DNA of 64,000 bases from Eledone cirrhosa. Lineage: Eukaryota. The stretch covers positions 23,126,001 through 23,190,000 of the forward strand of contig OZ024743.1 of assembly GCA_964016885.1 (NCBI GenBank), given 5' to 3'. Below the pieces are notes generated by a model, which saw only the letters and a program-made list of their open reading frames with translations, did not search any database and was not told where the DNA came from. Shown here piece after piece: positions 1 to 13,244 of the stretch; the first letter of the stretch is position 1; each line of letters opens with the position of its first letter. The position numbers were made by a program, and so were the translations under genes.

Positions 1-2720
1 GAGACGGCACGAGAACGGTGACTTCACCACAACAGTAAAGGGAGGTCAAGTAGACAATAGATGGGTGGTCCCTTACTGCCCACTTCTCTTGAAGATGTTC
101 AACGCCCACATCAACGTTGAGTTTTGCAACTCCGTCAAGTCGATAAAATACATATGCAAATATGCTCTGATGCCGCAATGTTCGCATTTCAAGCTGAAAA
201 TAGCAGGGACGAGGTCACAGAATACCTGGCGGAGCGGTACATCAGTAGCAATGAAGATTTTGGCGCCTATTTGGTTTAGCCCTACACCAACGGCACCCCA
301 CCATCGTACAGCTTGGAAAATGGGCAAAGGGTTTACTTTACGGACCAAACCGCCGCCAAGTTGGCCGCCGATCCGAAAGAGACCACTCTGACGGGTTTCT
401 TCAAACACTGCCAATTGTGTACCCCCAGGTTCCATCCTACTTTATATGGTCTAAAAACACTTGGGTGCGAAGAAAGTCAGGTCAGGCTGTTGAAAATTTT
501 ATCTTGGAAGAGTTTACACTCTGCCCCCAAGTCAGCATCAGTGATTTCATCTCTACCTTCCTCTGCATGAAGTTGTAGGCCCACAAAGTTTTCAGGACAT
601 CAAAACTGTTGATGGAGAAATATGTGATACGTACCGGGAAGCCTGCTTTAAGCGTGGTCTTTTGGAAGATGATTCGCAATAGATTCCACTTTAGCAGAGG
701 GTGCTTTGTTGAAATCACCTAAAGGTCTACGGGAACTCTTTGCCATTTTGCTTCAAAAGTGTGAATTGGGTGATCCCAAATCTTTATGGGTCAAGTACAG
801 AGACTTCGTCTGAGGACTTCCTGCGCCTGGCTCATCTACAGTATACTTCAGTGGAAGTTGGTTACAGCGACATTATCTACAACAGGGCACTCATTGATAT
901 CGAGGACGCCCTCCTCGACATGGGTGGGAGTGAGTTGGCGACGTATGGCTTGCCGTCAACCGTTAGAGAGGAAGCTAACACGTTGGCTCCGGATTTGTTG
1001 CGGGAAACAGCATATGACATCGAATCTATTTCCCAATACTTACAGGAAAATGAGCCCAAACTTCTGTCGGACCAAAGGTTGGCCTATTTAACTATCATTG
1101 ACGCGGTTCAAAATCACACTGGGGGTACCGGAAATACTTTTGTAACGAAATTGATTCTCGCTAAGATTCGTCAGGAGAAAAAAATTGCGTTGGCCGTTGC
1201 ATCGTCCGGGATCGCTGCTACTTTGCTGCCGGGAGGCAGGACAGCATATTCAACCTTTAAACTCCACTTGGATTTAGTAAAAACTGAGACACCAACATGC
1301 AATATCAGCAAGAGTTCACACGAAGTTCTGGTTCTCAAAAAATGTTGCCTCATTGTTTGGGATGAGTGCACAATGGCACACAAGGGTGCCCTTGAGGCAT
1401 TTGACAGGACCCTGAAAGACATTAGGGATTCTACGGCTCCTATAGGTGGCGTAACCCTTCTGCTATCAGGGGATTTTCGGCAAACGCTGCCTTTCATCCC
1501 CAAAGGAACAAAATCTGATGAAGTGCGTACCTGCCTTAAGTCGTCCATGTTGTGACTCCAGGTAAAGAGTTTGTACCTGAGCACAAATATGCGTGCTCAT
1601 TTGCATGGTGACAAAATGTCTGCAGCATTTGCTCAGAACATTTTAGCACTTGGTGAAGGCAAGGTCCTTGCGGATGACAAGGGCGGCATAAAAATCGACT
1701 CCCTGTGCAACATTGTGAGCAGCCCTTCTGACCTTTGGGAAGCAGTTTTTCTAATGTCTCATCTAACTTTAAAAACCTCGATTGGCTCAGCGAAAGGGCC
1801 ATCCTTGCTCCAAAAAATACCATGGTCAATGTTATTAACGAGCAGCTGATTTAGAAAATTCCCGGTAAAGAACACATCTTCAAATCTATCGACCGGACGT
1901 CAGACCCCGACGATATCGTTAATTATCCGGTTGAGTTATTAAATTCCCTTGAGCCCCTAGGGCTCCCACCTCACATTCTTAAGCTTAGGGTTGGCTGTCC
2001 CTTTATGCTAATAATGAACTTGCGTCCACCAAAGCAGTGCAACGGTACTCGCATGGTCGTCAAGTCAATGACGCCACACTTGATTGAGGCCACCATTGTA
2101 ACGGGGTGCGGGAGAGGGTAGAATGTTTTCATTCCAAGGATGAACCTTTTCCCCTCGGCGTCAGATATCCCGTTCGATTTCCGGCGATCCCAATTCCCGG
2201 TGAGACCATGTTTTGCCATGTCCATTAACAAGTTTCAAGGGCAAACATTGTCGGTGGCGGGCATCCATTTGGGGGAGCCGTGCTTCTCCCATGGCCAATT
2301 TTATGTTGCCTGTTCCCGCGTAGGGAGCAGGAATGGACTTTTTGCTTACACTCCTCAAGGGATGACACGCAATATCGTCTACAAAGAGGTGCTATAGATG
2401 TGGATGCAGGTGTTGGAGGTGTTGGAGCTATGCCGTCTGGAAAATTATTTCCTGGTAGGGTCACCCATGGCGGACAGATCTGACACACTGCGGCATCAGG
2501 GCCACCATCTTGCAACTTTGGTCTACTAAATTCGCTATTAGAAGATTATTAACCCATCATTGATTGTCCAAAATGGTAATTGGTTCGTAACTTTTAATAA
2601 CCGGTTCAACTGCTTTATGCACTTAATTGATAAGCTTATTCGCTTTCAAGCCACGTTTACCTGTATGTAACTTTTCATAGCAAATGAACAAACCCGAGCA
2701 ACGCCGGGCTAAACTGCTAG
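1..2720 (+). mobile_element. Helitron, 3' part (runs off the left edge), with 3' hairpin and CTAG terminus
   Basis: Rep/helicase fragments (AHINVEFCNSVKSIKYICKY; ENGQRVYF). Sub-terminal hairpin CCCGAGC-AAC-GCCGGG at 2693-2708, then CTAG at 2717-2720 followed by T, the canonical Helitron 3' end. Confidence 0.9.
65..2397 (+). pseudogene. Disrupted Helitron RepHel; PIF1-family helicase domain in several frames
   Basis: Motifs ALAVASSGIAATLLPGGRTAYSTFK, LIVWDECTMAHK, LLSGDFRQTLP, FPVRPCFAMSINKFQGQTL, CFSHGQFYVACSRV, NIVYKEVL. Multiple stops and frameshifts; Walker A degraded. Confidence 0.92.
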
Positions 2721-2797
2721 TATTAAATAAAAATAAAGAAAAAGAAACAGGTGTCTTTGTGTTTTTCCGCGTTGTCTTCGTTGTAGTACTGAATTTA

Positions 2798-3743
<946 letters not shown>

Positions 3744-3895
3744 TGAGTATGTATGTATGTATGTATATATATCGATGAAATACCAATGAAGGTTGGAAAA
3801 TCACTGACGAAGGACTATTTTTATCATATGTAACCCATGTGCAACCACGCAGTATTCTTTCTTCTCATGTTTTTATATATATATATATATATATA

Positions 3896-4106
3896 ACGGA
3901 GGAAATGTGGTAAGGAACCAGGTGGAACATAACGCACCAAAGTACTCAATACTTAGGGTAGTAGAGTGGGTAATAGGAACGAGTAGGACCCCGACGGCTG
4001 AGCTCAAGCCGTTTCGACGGCTAATTCTGGACTCGACGGTTAATTCAGTCCAGAATTAGCCGTCGAAACGGCTTGAGCTCAGCCGTCGGGGTCCTACTCG
4101 TTCCTA
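3896..4106 (+). mobile_element. Foldback PLE-like remnant, 'GGGGTC' family (tail ~78 bp, arms 3974-4033 / 4047-4106)
   Basis: Perfect 60-bp inverted repeat between (TA)n tracts. Carries the 3' half of an HHR (GAAA-CGGCT..AGCCG-TC-GGGGTC). Homologous to 7319, 7677, 17750, 18014 and 49586. Confidence 0.7.
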
Positions 4107-4118
4107 TATATATATATA

Positions 4119-4435
4119 TTATAAAATAACAGGAGGCTGGACTGGTGTAATTAATTAAAAGGTTTATTATACTAGTATAATAAACATTTTAAGGAATTAC
4201 AAAGGTTTATTATACTAGTATAATAAAAACCTTTTAAGGAATTACACCAGTCCAGCCACCTGTTATTTTATAATAATTAACTCCGTACTCGCACCACCAA
4301 CAACAGAAACGAAGACGGGTAAGGTGCATTACGTCGTGGCTCCCCCTAATATTACATCGAGGTTGACCATACGGAATGACCAGTTCTATCCAGTGGTGAA
4401 CCAACAAACCTAAATAAATAACTAATATATACATA
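4119..4435 (-). mobile_element. Foldback insertion in (TA)n (arms ~4119-4152 / 4240-4272, plus extension)
   Basis: Inverted repeat whose spacer contains two copies of the palindrome TTTATTATACTAGTATAATAAA. Confidence 0.5.
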
Positions 4436-4685
4436 TATTAATATATATATATATTAATTGTGCATTGTTGCATAATATATGCAGACAGATGGTGCAGTGC
4501 ACCTTACTGCTGCATTAGTGCTGCAGAAACTCGAGTCCGGGAACCTTATAGGCACCCGTTTTACGTGTGTTGTGTTGAGGCAAATAACTATGTGTATACT
4601 CTGGTAATGTATCTTACATTGCCCATTGAGTGCGCTGAGATACAACCAGTACTGGCATTGATAAATATGCTGGGTCCGTCAAACG

Positions 4686-4736
<51 letters not shown>

Positions 4737-4738
<2 letters not shown>

Positions 4739-6230
4739 CGGCGATGAATTCGTTTTGCAAGGTTTTTGATATGAAATCGTGTGTCGAAACAAATATTGTT
4801 AAACTTGGGGAGAGTCATATTTGTGTAATAATATTGCCCAAATTCTCCACTCACACTATGCTAAACCCATGGCCTCCAAATACCTGATACTCAAAAACTC
4901 AGAAATGTCCAGTAGTGCTAAGTTTAATATTCTGATCGCAGACTTGGTACGAGTGATGAAGAACGTGTCCCGCATGTGCGACCCAACAGAAATGGAAAGA
5001 CACATCCAACACTTCATCAACCGCATGCAGTTCTCTGGCTACAACCAAAGAGACAGAATCAGAGTATACGAAGGGGCCACGGAGAAGTATAAGACCCTCA
5101 TAGAACTGGACATGAAAGGAATTTGCCCATTATACAGGAGCAAATCATGGAATAGCTTAGATAGGACTAGACATAAGATAGGGAAAGCCAGCTCATGGTA
5201 AGACAACCAGAGATACCAGAGTGTCATGTTTGTGGACGCTACCCCTGGAAGGAAATTAGCTAACCAGTGTAGAAAGGCCCTGAGAAAGATCCACTTAAAG
5301 ATTAAGGTGGTAGAAAAGCCAGGAACCACCATAAAATCCCTGATCAGCAAAACCTACCCTTTTAAGAAAGCCCACTGTACTAATAGGAAATGTATTATAT
5401 GTAAAGTAAACCCCCGGATAAACTGTAAAACTAGAAACGTAGTCTATAGCATAAGATGTACAGAGGGTACTTGCAGAAACATGACAACAACATACATAGG
5501 TGAGACAGCTCGTAGCATAGGTGAAAGGATAGACCAACACTGGGGGAACTAAAAGGACAAAATACGGTTCAGTACTATACGAACATGCCAGACAACAACA
5601 CGACGGTAACATAGACAACATAGAAATTAGAATAATATCTAAACATAGAAATGACCCAGCAGATAGGCAAATCAGAGAGGCCAGCGAAATAGAACTTAGA
5701 AGGCCAGGGCTAAACAGAAAAAATGAATGGAATAACAACAACACCCAAACAAACAACACTGACCTAAGAGAAGTATAAATAAATAAATAAATAAATACAT
5801 ACACAAGCACAATAACAACAAACATATAAACACACTAGATAGAATACAATAACCAATACACAGTCACCCAAACACTATACACACACGCAAACGGATGCGC
5901 AGAGAAGACAAAAAATAAACAAATAAATAAATAAATAAACAGACTAAATAAAGATGGCGTAGGCATACAATGCAACGGGAGGAAACATAATAGCACCACT
6001 GACGATGTTGTAGATGTGCAACGAAAGAACTTTGTTAGACTATATATATGTGTTTGTGTCTATATTGTATCTGTATTTTTGACCGTTGGTCAGTCAATGG
6101 TAACATTGAGGACCGAATAAATTAAATTAACCGATATAAAAGACACAGAAGCGAAAACCAACTAAACAGTGAGTGTGTTCTGTTATTAATTCTGGCAATA
6201 TTATTACACAAATATGACCTCCCCAAGTAT

Positions 6231-6235
<5 letters not shown>
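4737..6235 (+). mobile_element. 5'-truncated Penelope-like element, family X: tail + short inverted pLTR (4793-4837), RT thumb, Zn-knuckle linker, GIY-YIG, 3' pLTR
   Basis: Motifs HSHYAKPMAS..., NVVYSIRC...YIGETARSIGER and ...RQIREASEI..LNRKNEW. 4793-4837 is the reverse complement of 6195-6237. (TA)n on both sides. Very similar to 50267-51701. Confidence 0.9.
5991..6037 (+). ncRNA. Hammerhead-like motif in the family X pLTR (second copy at ~51456-51502)
   Basis: CTGACGA-T-GTTGTA-GATG-TGCAAC-GAAA-GAAC-TT. Stem I is weak. Confidence 0.55.
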
Positions 6236-6294
<59 letters not shown>

Positions 6295-6298
<4 letters not shown>

Positions 6299-6590
6299 TC
6301 AGGTTCATAATATGTGGTGACAGTCAAGTTTACAATTTTCAACTTTGGGACAATTTTCAACTGTGGAACAATTTTCAACTGTGGAACTGTGGAACTGTGG
6401 ACAGTTGAAAATTGTAAACTTGACTGTCACCACATATTATGAACCTGAAGATTGCGAAAGCATGAAAGTACTTGTTCAATTAACACTTAGAATTTAATAT
6501 TCTATCATACTATTTCATTATAATACCATTATAAATTTTAAAGGATTGTAAATAAAACGAGTAAATCAGACAAAGTTGGAATTCCTCTTA
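6295..6590 (-). mobile_element. Foldback PLE remnant (arms 6295-6344 / 6403-6452) with stuttered spacer
   Basis: Perfect ~50-bp inverted repeat next to (TA)n. The spacer is made of partial repeats of CAATTTTCAACTGTGGAA. Confidence 0.65.
6440..6478 (+). ncRNA. Minimal type I hammerhead ribozyme
   Basis: TGAAC-CTGAAGA-T-TGC-GAAA-GCA-T-GAAA-GTAC-TT-GTTCA. Stem I TGAAC/GTTCA, GNRA-capped stem II, palindromic GTAC. Confidence 0.75.
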
Positions 6591-6595
6591 TTAAT

Positions 6596-6772
6596 ATTGG
6601 CAGTATCGGTAGAGGGTCGGACGCCATGCTTTCCAGCATAGTTACGTCCCTTTACGATCTGAGTTCAAATCCCGCCGAGGTTGACTTTGCCTTTCATCCT
6701 TACGGGGTCGATAAAATAAAGTACCAGTAATGCACTGGGTAATTACTGGCCTTGTGCCTAAAGTAGAAACAA

Positions 6773-6775
<3 letters not shown>
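6596..6775 (+). mobile_element. tRNA-derived SINE, family A
   Basis: A-box-like TGGCAGTATCGGTAGAG, B-box GAGTTCAAATCC, conserved body GCCTTTCATCCTTACGGGGTCGATAAAATAAAGTACC. More than 12 copies in the window. Confidence 0.85.
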
Positions 6776-6804
<29 letters not shown>

Positions 6805-6810
<6 letters not shown>

Positions 6811-7118
6811 TACAGTATTGTGAGAGAGAATAGAGAGAAGAAACGTTTTAGAAAGAGACGATACAGATAATTAATTGGCATAAGCAGGTGCGTTCGTGCT
6901 CGAGGCTTGTGCAAACAGGGTTAAATATTAGAAGCGTTAATATTTAGTGTGCGAATTTATGCAGAGCAATTATAATCGAAGAAATTGATGAAAGAGAAGC
7001 AAGCCGTTAGAATATATTTATAAGAAGCTCTTACACATGTTACATTTGGGCGTAACACGTGTAAGAGCTTCTTATAAATATATTTTAACGGCTTGCTTCT
7101 CTTTCAACAATTTCTTCG

Positions 7119-7124
<6 letters not shown>
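6805..7124 (+). mobile_element. Foldback insertion in (TA)n (tail, arms 6971-7043 / 7052-7124)
   Basis: ~72-bp inverted repeat with a 5' extension, flanked by (TA)n. Confidence 0.6.
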
Positions 7125-7174
<50 letters not shown>

Positions 7175-7318
7175 CGAAGTACTGATTAGTTAGCACTCCA
7201 AACACTAAATTGTGAAAATACTTGGGTATATCCTAATGTTTGTTGAGTGAGATGGAGTTGGTCAGAGTATCGCTTAAGGCTTTCTCTGTTAATGTATTAA
7301 ATATATATATATATATAT

Positions 7319-7472
7319 CAGATAGGGTGTGGTAAAAACCTGGTAGACCATAACCCACCACAGTACTCGATACTTGGGGCAGTAGAGTGGGTAACGTGAA
7401 AAGATTCAGGACTAGTTCGGATCTAGCTATCGAAACGGCCGGAGCCCAGCCGTCGGGGTCATCAATCTTTTC

Positions 7473-7474
<2 letters not shown>
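7319..7474 (+). mobile_element. 'GGGGTC' family remnant (tail + very short inverted arm + 3' end)
   Basis: Tail homologous to 3896-3973. 3' end CGAAACGGCCGGAGCCCAGCCGTCGGGGTC. TA tracts on both sides. Confidence 0.6.
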
Positions 7475-7504
<30 letters not shown>

Positions 7505-7734
7505 ATACATACGTACATATAAGTTTACATGGTCGCACATGATTGGTTGAAATCGTTCGATTTTATTATTGGAAGAGGCTATGTAGCCGGTAAGATTGTC
7601 AGATACCATGAGTTCCGGCCCGAGTTAAGTCAATTGTTAAGACAATTTGAAATCTTTTCCACCATAAAAAAAAATCCAGCCGTTTCGACAGCTACGGGGT
7701 CCTGACTTTTTTCATATATATATATATATATATA

Positions 7735-8661
7735 TTACAATTTAAAAATTAAAAATTAAAAAATATATGATCAACACTACTGTGTTTTTTTTTTGCAAAA
7801 TGACAATAATTTTTTAGCCAGATAGAAATACCTTAATTCAAGTACATATAGTCCGTCTGTATCGATCTAGAGAATTTTAAATATTAAATCTATACTTACA
7901 GACGTAAAATGGCAACTGCCTGGTGCCTAGACAAGTTTAAATTTCAAAATTCAAACCTTTTCAGCAGATCGGGCAGAACTTCAAAACATAAACCTGTTTC
8001 ACAAGGGATGTTATACTAATGAAATAATTAATTAATTACGGAACAACTATTTATAAAATAATTATTAGTGGAGTAATCAATTTTCTGTGATCTACGGTAG
8101 GCACCCAGAAATTAAAATCACTTCTCCTAAGATAGTATCTTAAGACTGATCTGTCGCAAGCCTAATACATGTGCTTTTGCACACGACCTTCTCAGCATTC
8201 TGGCTCATATCCATGGCGCTAGAAATAACAGCCGTGAATATGTGATTATGAATTCAGCTCGACCGTAGCTACCGTAGATCACAGAAAATTGATTACTCCA
8301 CTAATAATTATTTTATAAATAGTTGTTCCGTAATTAATTAATTATTTCATTAGTATAACATCCCTTGTGAAACAGGGTTATGTTTTGAAGTTCTGCCCGA
8401 TCTGCTGAAAAGGTTTGAATTTTGAAATTTAAACTTGTCTAGGCACCAGGCAGTTGCCATTTTACGTCTGTAAGTATAGATTTAATATTTAAAATTCTCT
8501 AGATCGATACAGACGGACTATATGTACTTGAATTAAGGTATTTCTATCTGGCTAAAAAATTATTGTCATTTTGCAAAAAAAAACAGTAGTGTTGATCATA
8601 TATTTTTTAATTTTTAATTTCTAAATTGTAATGTAATGCTCAGAAGTATTTTTCTTAGAGC

Positions 8662-8665
<4 letters not shown>
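7735..8665 (-). mobile_element. Large foldback insertion in (TA)n (arms 7735-8100 / 8269-8632, ~33-bp tail)
   Basis: ~365-bp near-perfect inverted repeat with the same architecture as the PLE remnants. No canonical HHR seen. Confidence 0.7.
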
Positions 8666-8727
<62 letters not shown>

Positions 8728-9462
8728 TGTGTAAAATCCTGACCGTGGCGTTGCGCGCGCGCGCGCATGTGTGTGTGTGAAAAATTAAAATATCAATCAA
8801 CTGAGAATATCAAAGTAATTTAAAGACATTTTTTTTTAGTTGTGTTCAACTCTAAAACCAACAATAAAGAGAGATGTCTCCTACAATACCAGTTGATCCA
8901 ATAGAGAAGATTAGGCTATGGAGTAAGGAGTGAGTCTCGTGTTAATGTAAACTTGTAAAAGCAAGCGACATGTTTCGATCTCATTAGATCTTCTCAGTGA
9001 AATATTCTTCTTTTAGTAGTTGGCTTGTCCAGAATGGTCGATTTATATATAGAAAAAAAAAGGAATAAGAATAAAAATATAAGCAAGTAAATGCAATTAG
9101 GGAAAGCAATCAGGTCATTGACCGGCAAACAAGTGCGAGACCTTGGAAGTCGAACAAACCACTTGTAGTGATGTATAATTAGTGGTCATTATCACTAAAT
9201 CCTGCATACTTTCTTTATTTACCACTCTTTCTTCCCCCTCCACCTATCTCTTTCCCACACACACTCTCTTCCTTCAGCTCACTCCCTCCTCTCACACACA
9301 CAAATACATACACTCACTTACATACATATACATACACTAATGGATATAATCTGTACTCTTCGATAAGGTGTACTATCTAGCACCAGCTTGAGACTTTATA
9401 ACTCATGCTATGAAAGGAACAACTCCATGATTATAACTGTGGTTAGGGACATCTGTGTAGAC

Positions 9463-10150
9463 TAGAGTGGTTCTCAAAGTGGGCTCTACCGCCTCCTAGG
9501 GAAGTTGAAAAGGTTCAAGGGGCCGCTGGAGCGTGAGGGGACAGTGGGGGCGGTAGAGATGATATAATAGTATATTAAATATCAAATGATACATATTATA
9601 TATAAATATTGTAAAATAAAAAATATATATATTTATTTATTCATAGTATAGCGATAGTCGATCGACTTTCGTCAAATTGGACAGAGGAAACAATGTTTCC
9701 ATTGGTCGCAACTCCAGGTAGAAGGAGCAACGTGAAATAAAATGCCTTGCTCAAGGACATGACGGGAATCGAACTATATTCATAGTATATATTATATTAT
9801 TTATTATAGATACGATGGTGGATTGGCAGTATCGGTAGAGAGTCGGACACCATGCTTTGAAGCATAGAGTTACGTGCCTTTACGGTCTGAGCTCAAATCC
9901 CGCCGAGGTTAACTTTGCCTTTCATCCTTACGGGGTCGATAAAATAAAGTACCAGTAATACACTGGGTAATTGCTGGCCTTGTGCCAAAAGTAGAAACAT
10001 TTATATTATTTATTACAGATAAATTAACGATTTTATTTATTATATATTATTTACAATTTGCGTGTAGACAGGTCTCTCTGGAAATAGGGGTGCTGAGGGT
10101 ATTACGTGGCCATGAGGGGTACGATGATCCAAAATGTTTGAGAACCTCTG
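9463..10150 (-). mobile_element. hAT-type MITE (family M2) interrupted by two SINEs (9655-9775 minus; 9817-10000 plus)
   Basis: Termini GTGGTTCTCAA / TTGAGAACCTCTG. Reverse-complement homologue of 42087-42433. Confidence 0.75.
9817..10000 (+). mobile_element. SINE family A, nested in MITE
   Basis: Full-length match to family A. Confidence 0.85.
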
Positions 10151-10409
10151 ATATAGAAAATGTAAAGTTTGGGATGGCTGTAACAATGGCAGATGGATCT
10201 TTAGCAAGGCGTTGTTACTCTTTTGATAACAAAACCTTTCCCATTCGACGTTAGTGTTTGAGTCGCTCTCGTCAGCAATTTCCATATAATTTGGTAGTCT
10301 GACATTAGATTGCCCCACCCCTCCTCTGGGTGCACTAAAGTCTGTCGATGAGGCCTACTTCTCCGATTAGTAGATCGGAGGTGGGATTTGAACACATGCA
10401 ACAGTATAG

Positions 10410-10800
10410 ACTTTTTCTTCTTGCTCTTAATCGACGAGGCCGGGTTCATCCTGAGCCAGCGATCCAAAAGCATCGTCGTGCGTAGAGCCGACCAGGTTCA
10501 CCAGCGCCCTCCGCGCTAGCGGTCCTGTGCCAGCTCCTCTGCATCCTCCAACGTAATGTCGATCCTCCGGATATCTTCCCTGATAATATCCAGCCATCTG
10601 GTAAATCCGAGAGAGCGTTACCGTCTGGAGCTTTGTTCCTGATAAGGCCACTTTAGACGGGCCGGTCTCTTAGAGAAGATCCAGACCAACAGTGACCCTC
10701 GACGTGTCGACTCGCCGCCAAGATGGCAGCCCCATTATCCGACTATTCTGCAGAGGGCCAACAACCCTTCCAGATGAGCCATCAACTTGTTACGAAACCT
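10410..10800 (-). mobile_element. RTE-type LINE 3' fragment
   Basis: Minus-strand translation RWLDIIREDIRRIDITLEDAEELAQDR*R resembles the RTE ORF C-terminus (RW.D....D....A.DR..WR). Confidence 0.6.
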
Positions 10801-11362
10801 ACGAGAAGAAATCAGACTGCCCAACATCGGTAGACTTCGGTAAAACTAATAAATTACTAAATGGTGGTGATAAACTGCATGACGTGTTAAGTCTACCAAC
10901 GAAAAGCAGGGAGGGCAACTCCTTTGAGCTTTATTACAGTTTCCCCAAATTTCCTTTATAAGGCTTTTGTCGATCTCAGGCTATAATGCTCGAGATGGGG
11001 CCCGTCGCCAAGTGAGAGAGATCATTGGATGGCACTGTTCATCCCTACACACACACTTTTCAATGGGGTCCTCTCAGATTCAGAAACTTTATGGTGATAT
11101 ATTTAATCCGAAACTCCACCTTAGAATTATTGCGAATTATAGTGCCCACCCAGTATATTCTGAAACAAAAACCACCACTTCCAGAAAAAAAAGAAAAAGA
11201 AAGTCTGTTGGTGGGCCTGCCTAAGAATTCACGCACTAGGATCGAAACCGTAACCATATAGTTAAGTTCAGAGCAAATTTCTTAACCATACAGTTATGTC
11301 TGTGTTAAGGACCGACAATGTAGGCACACTCGGTAGCCAGTTTATGTTAGTCGAGCAATTAT

Positions 11363-11773
11363 TGGATTGGCAGTATCGGTAGAGGGTCGGATGCCATGCT
11401 TTACAGCATAGTTACGTCCCTTTATGGTCTGAGTTCAAATCCCGCCGAGGTTTACTTTGCCTTTCATCCTTACGGGGTCGATAAAATAAAGTACCAGTAA
11501 TGCACTGAGATAATTGCTGGCCTTGTGCTAATAGTAGGAACAATTATTAAAGCCATCGGAAATACAGAATCCGTAGAGCGTCGGACAACATGCTATACAG
11601 CATTTAGTTATGGCTCTTTACTTTCTGAGTTCATATCCCACCGAGGTTAGCTTTGCCTTTCATCCTTACAGGGTCGATAAAATAAAGTACCAGTAACGCA
11701 CTGGGGTCGATTTAGTCGACTTTCTCCTCCCCTTCAAATTGCTTGCCTTGTGCCTAAATCAGAAACCATTATT
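11363..11773 (+). mobile_element. Two tandem family A SINEs (11363-11549; longer subfamily ~11560-11773)
   Basis: The second copy has an extra GGGGTCGATTTAGTCGACTTTCTCCTCCCCTTCAAATT segment. Confidence 0.85.
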
Positions 11774-11857
11774 AAAGCCAGTATTTATTGTTATATTAGA
11801 ATAAACATATATATTTGGCTGCTATTTTTAGTAGCTCAGGCAACTACACAAGATAGG

Positions 11858-11864
11858 TAGTGAC

Positions 11865-11904
<40 letters not shown>

Positions 11905-12008
11905 ACAGCAGCAGCAGTAGTAGTAACAACAGCAGCAGTAGTAACAATGATAATAGAGGGAGGTAAGTATGTTTCTGCGGCTGCTGCTGCTGCTGCTGCT
12001 GCTAATAC

Positions 12009-12049
<41 letters not shown>

Positions 12050-12330
12050 GTAAGCAGATGGAAGGGGAGAAAGTAAGGAAATGAATGACAGGAAAAACAT
12101 TCTTTTATGATAAATGATAAAGGCTTCCAGTCCTCTCACAGGAAGAGAGGAAAGAGAGATAATGAGAGAGAGAGGGGGAGGAGCAGCAGAGAAAGAGGGA
12201 GGAAGGGAGGACAGAGTATTAGAGGGAGAGAGGTCAGAGAATGAGAGGAAGGGAGGGCAGAGAGTAGGAGAGAGAAACAGAGAGCAAGAGTGTGAGAGAG
12301 AGAGAAACAGAGGGCGAGAGTGTAGCGAGG
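11858..12330. repeat. Trinucleotide (AGT/AGC/GCT/GAT) and GA-rich low-complexity repeats
   Basis: Directly visible. Confidence 0.9.
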
Positions 12331-13054
12331 CACAAAAAGGTTAAATTAATAGGGACAAACCACAAGAAATATGAAAATGAGTAAAGAAAGGCTTCGTAAA
12401 TTATTAATATTAAATAATTGTATAAATTATTTCTTACATTGTATAATATAATAATTATATAATATTATTGTTATTTTATTTACACATTATTGTTATTTAT
12501 TATTATTATTAAAGTAATCACCATTCAAAGATGTCATGTAGAACTGGTGTCGCTAAATAGACTTTGAATTTAAAAAAGACCAGCAGGCAACGCGCTTTTC
12601 GAAAATAGTTTTACTCACAGGGGTCAGATTCTCCTCTTTCCCTCTCTTCCTACACTTGCTGTTACTCGCTTCTACTACTTCTACTGCTGCTATCTACTGC
12701 TGATTTCTGCTGGTGTTTCTAGCTTCACCTCTACTAATGCTTAGATTTCTCCACTGCTGCCAATTCCACTGCTTTTTCCTAATACTGTTTCTTTAATTAT
12801 AATTATTATTTATTTACAGATGTGGGACTAAGCCAGGCTGTTTAGTTTTGTTTGTTCCGCTGGTGAATTTTTTGTTCTTTTTTTTGTTTTGTGTTTTGTT
12901 AGTTTTTTTGTCAACTTTAGTCGCAAATTTATATTATATTATAATCCTGTGTTTCTAAAATGATAATCTAACCACCGGAGAAATATCTCCACGAAGTCCC
13001 CGTGGAAAACGTTTGTAAAGAAAAAAGAAATGTTTGGAAAATATCCAGAAAAAT

Positions 13055-13200
13055 AATAATTGTTTCTATTTTTAGGCACAAGGCCAGCAATTACCCAGTA
13101 CATTACTGGTACTTTATTTTATCGACCCCGTAAGGATGAAAGGCAAAGTTAACCTCGGCGGGATTTGAACTCAGATCATAAAGGGACGTAACTCTATGCA
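13055..13200 (-). mobile_element. SINE family A (partial)
   Basis: Reverse complement of the family A body. Confidence 0.85.
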
Positions 13201-13244
13201 GAAAAATAATAATATATGTATATATGTATGTATACACATATTAC

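Noticed and set aside
8960-9002. Minus-strand HHR-like motif CTGAGAA-GATCT..AGATC-GAAA-CATG-TC
   Set aside because: The core has a C3-A8 mismatch and stem I does not pair; at best a decayed relic.
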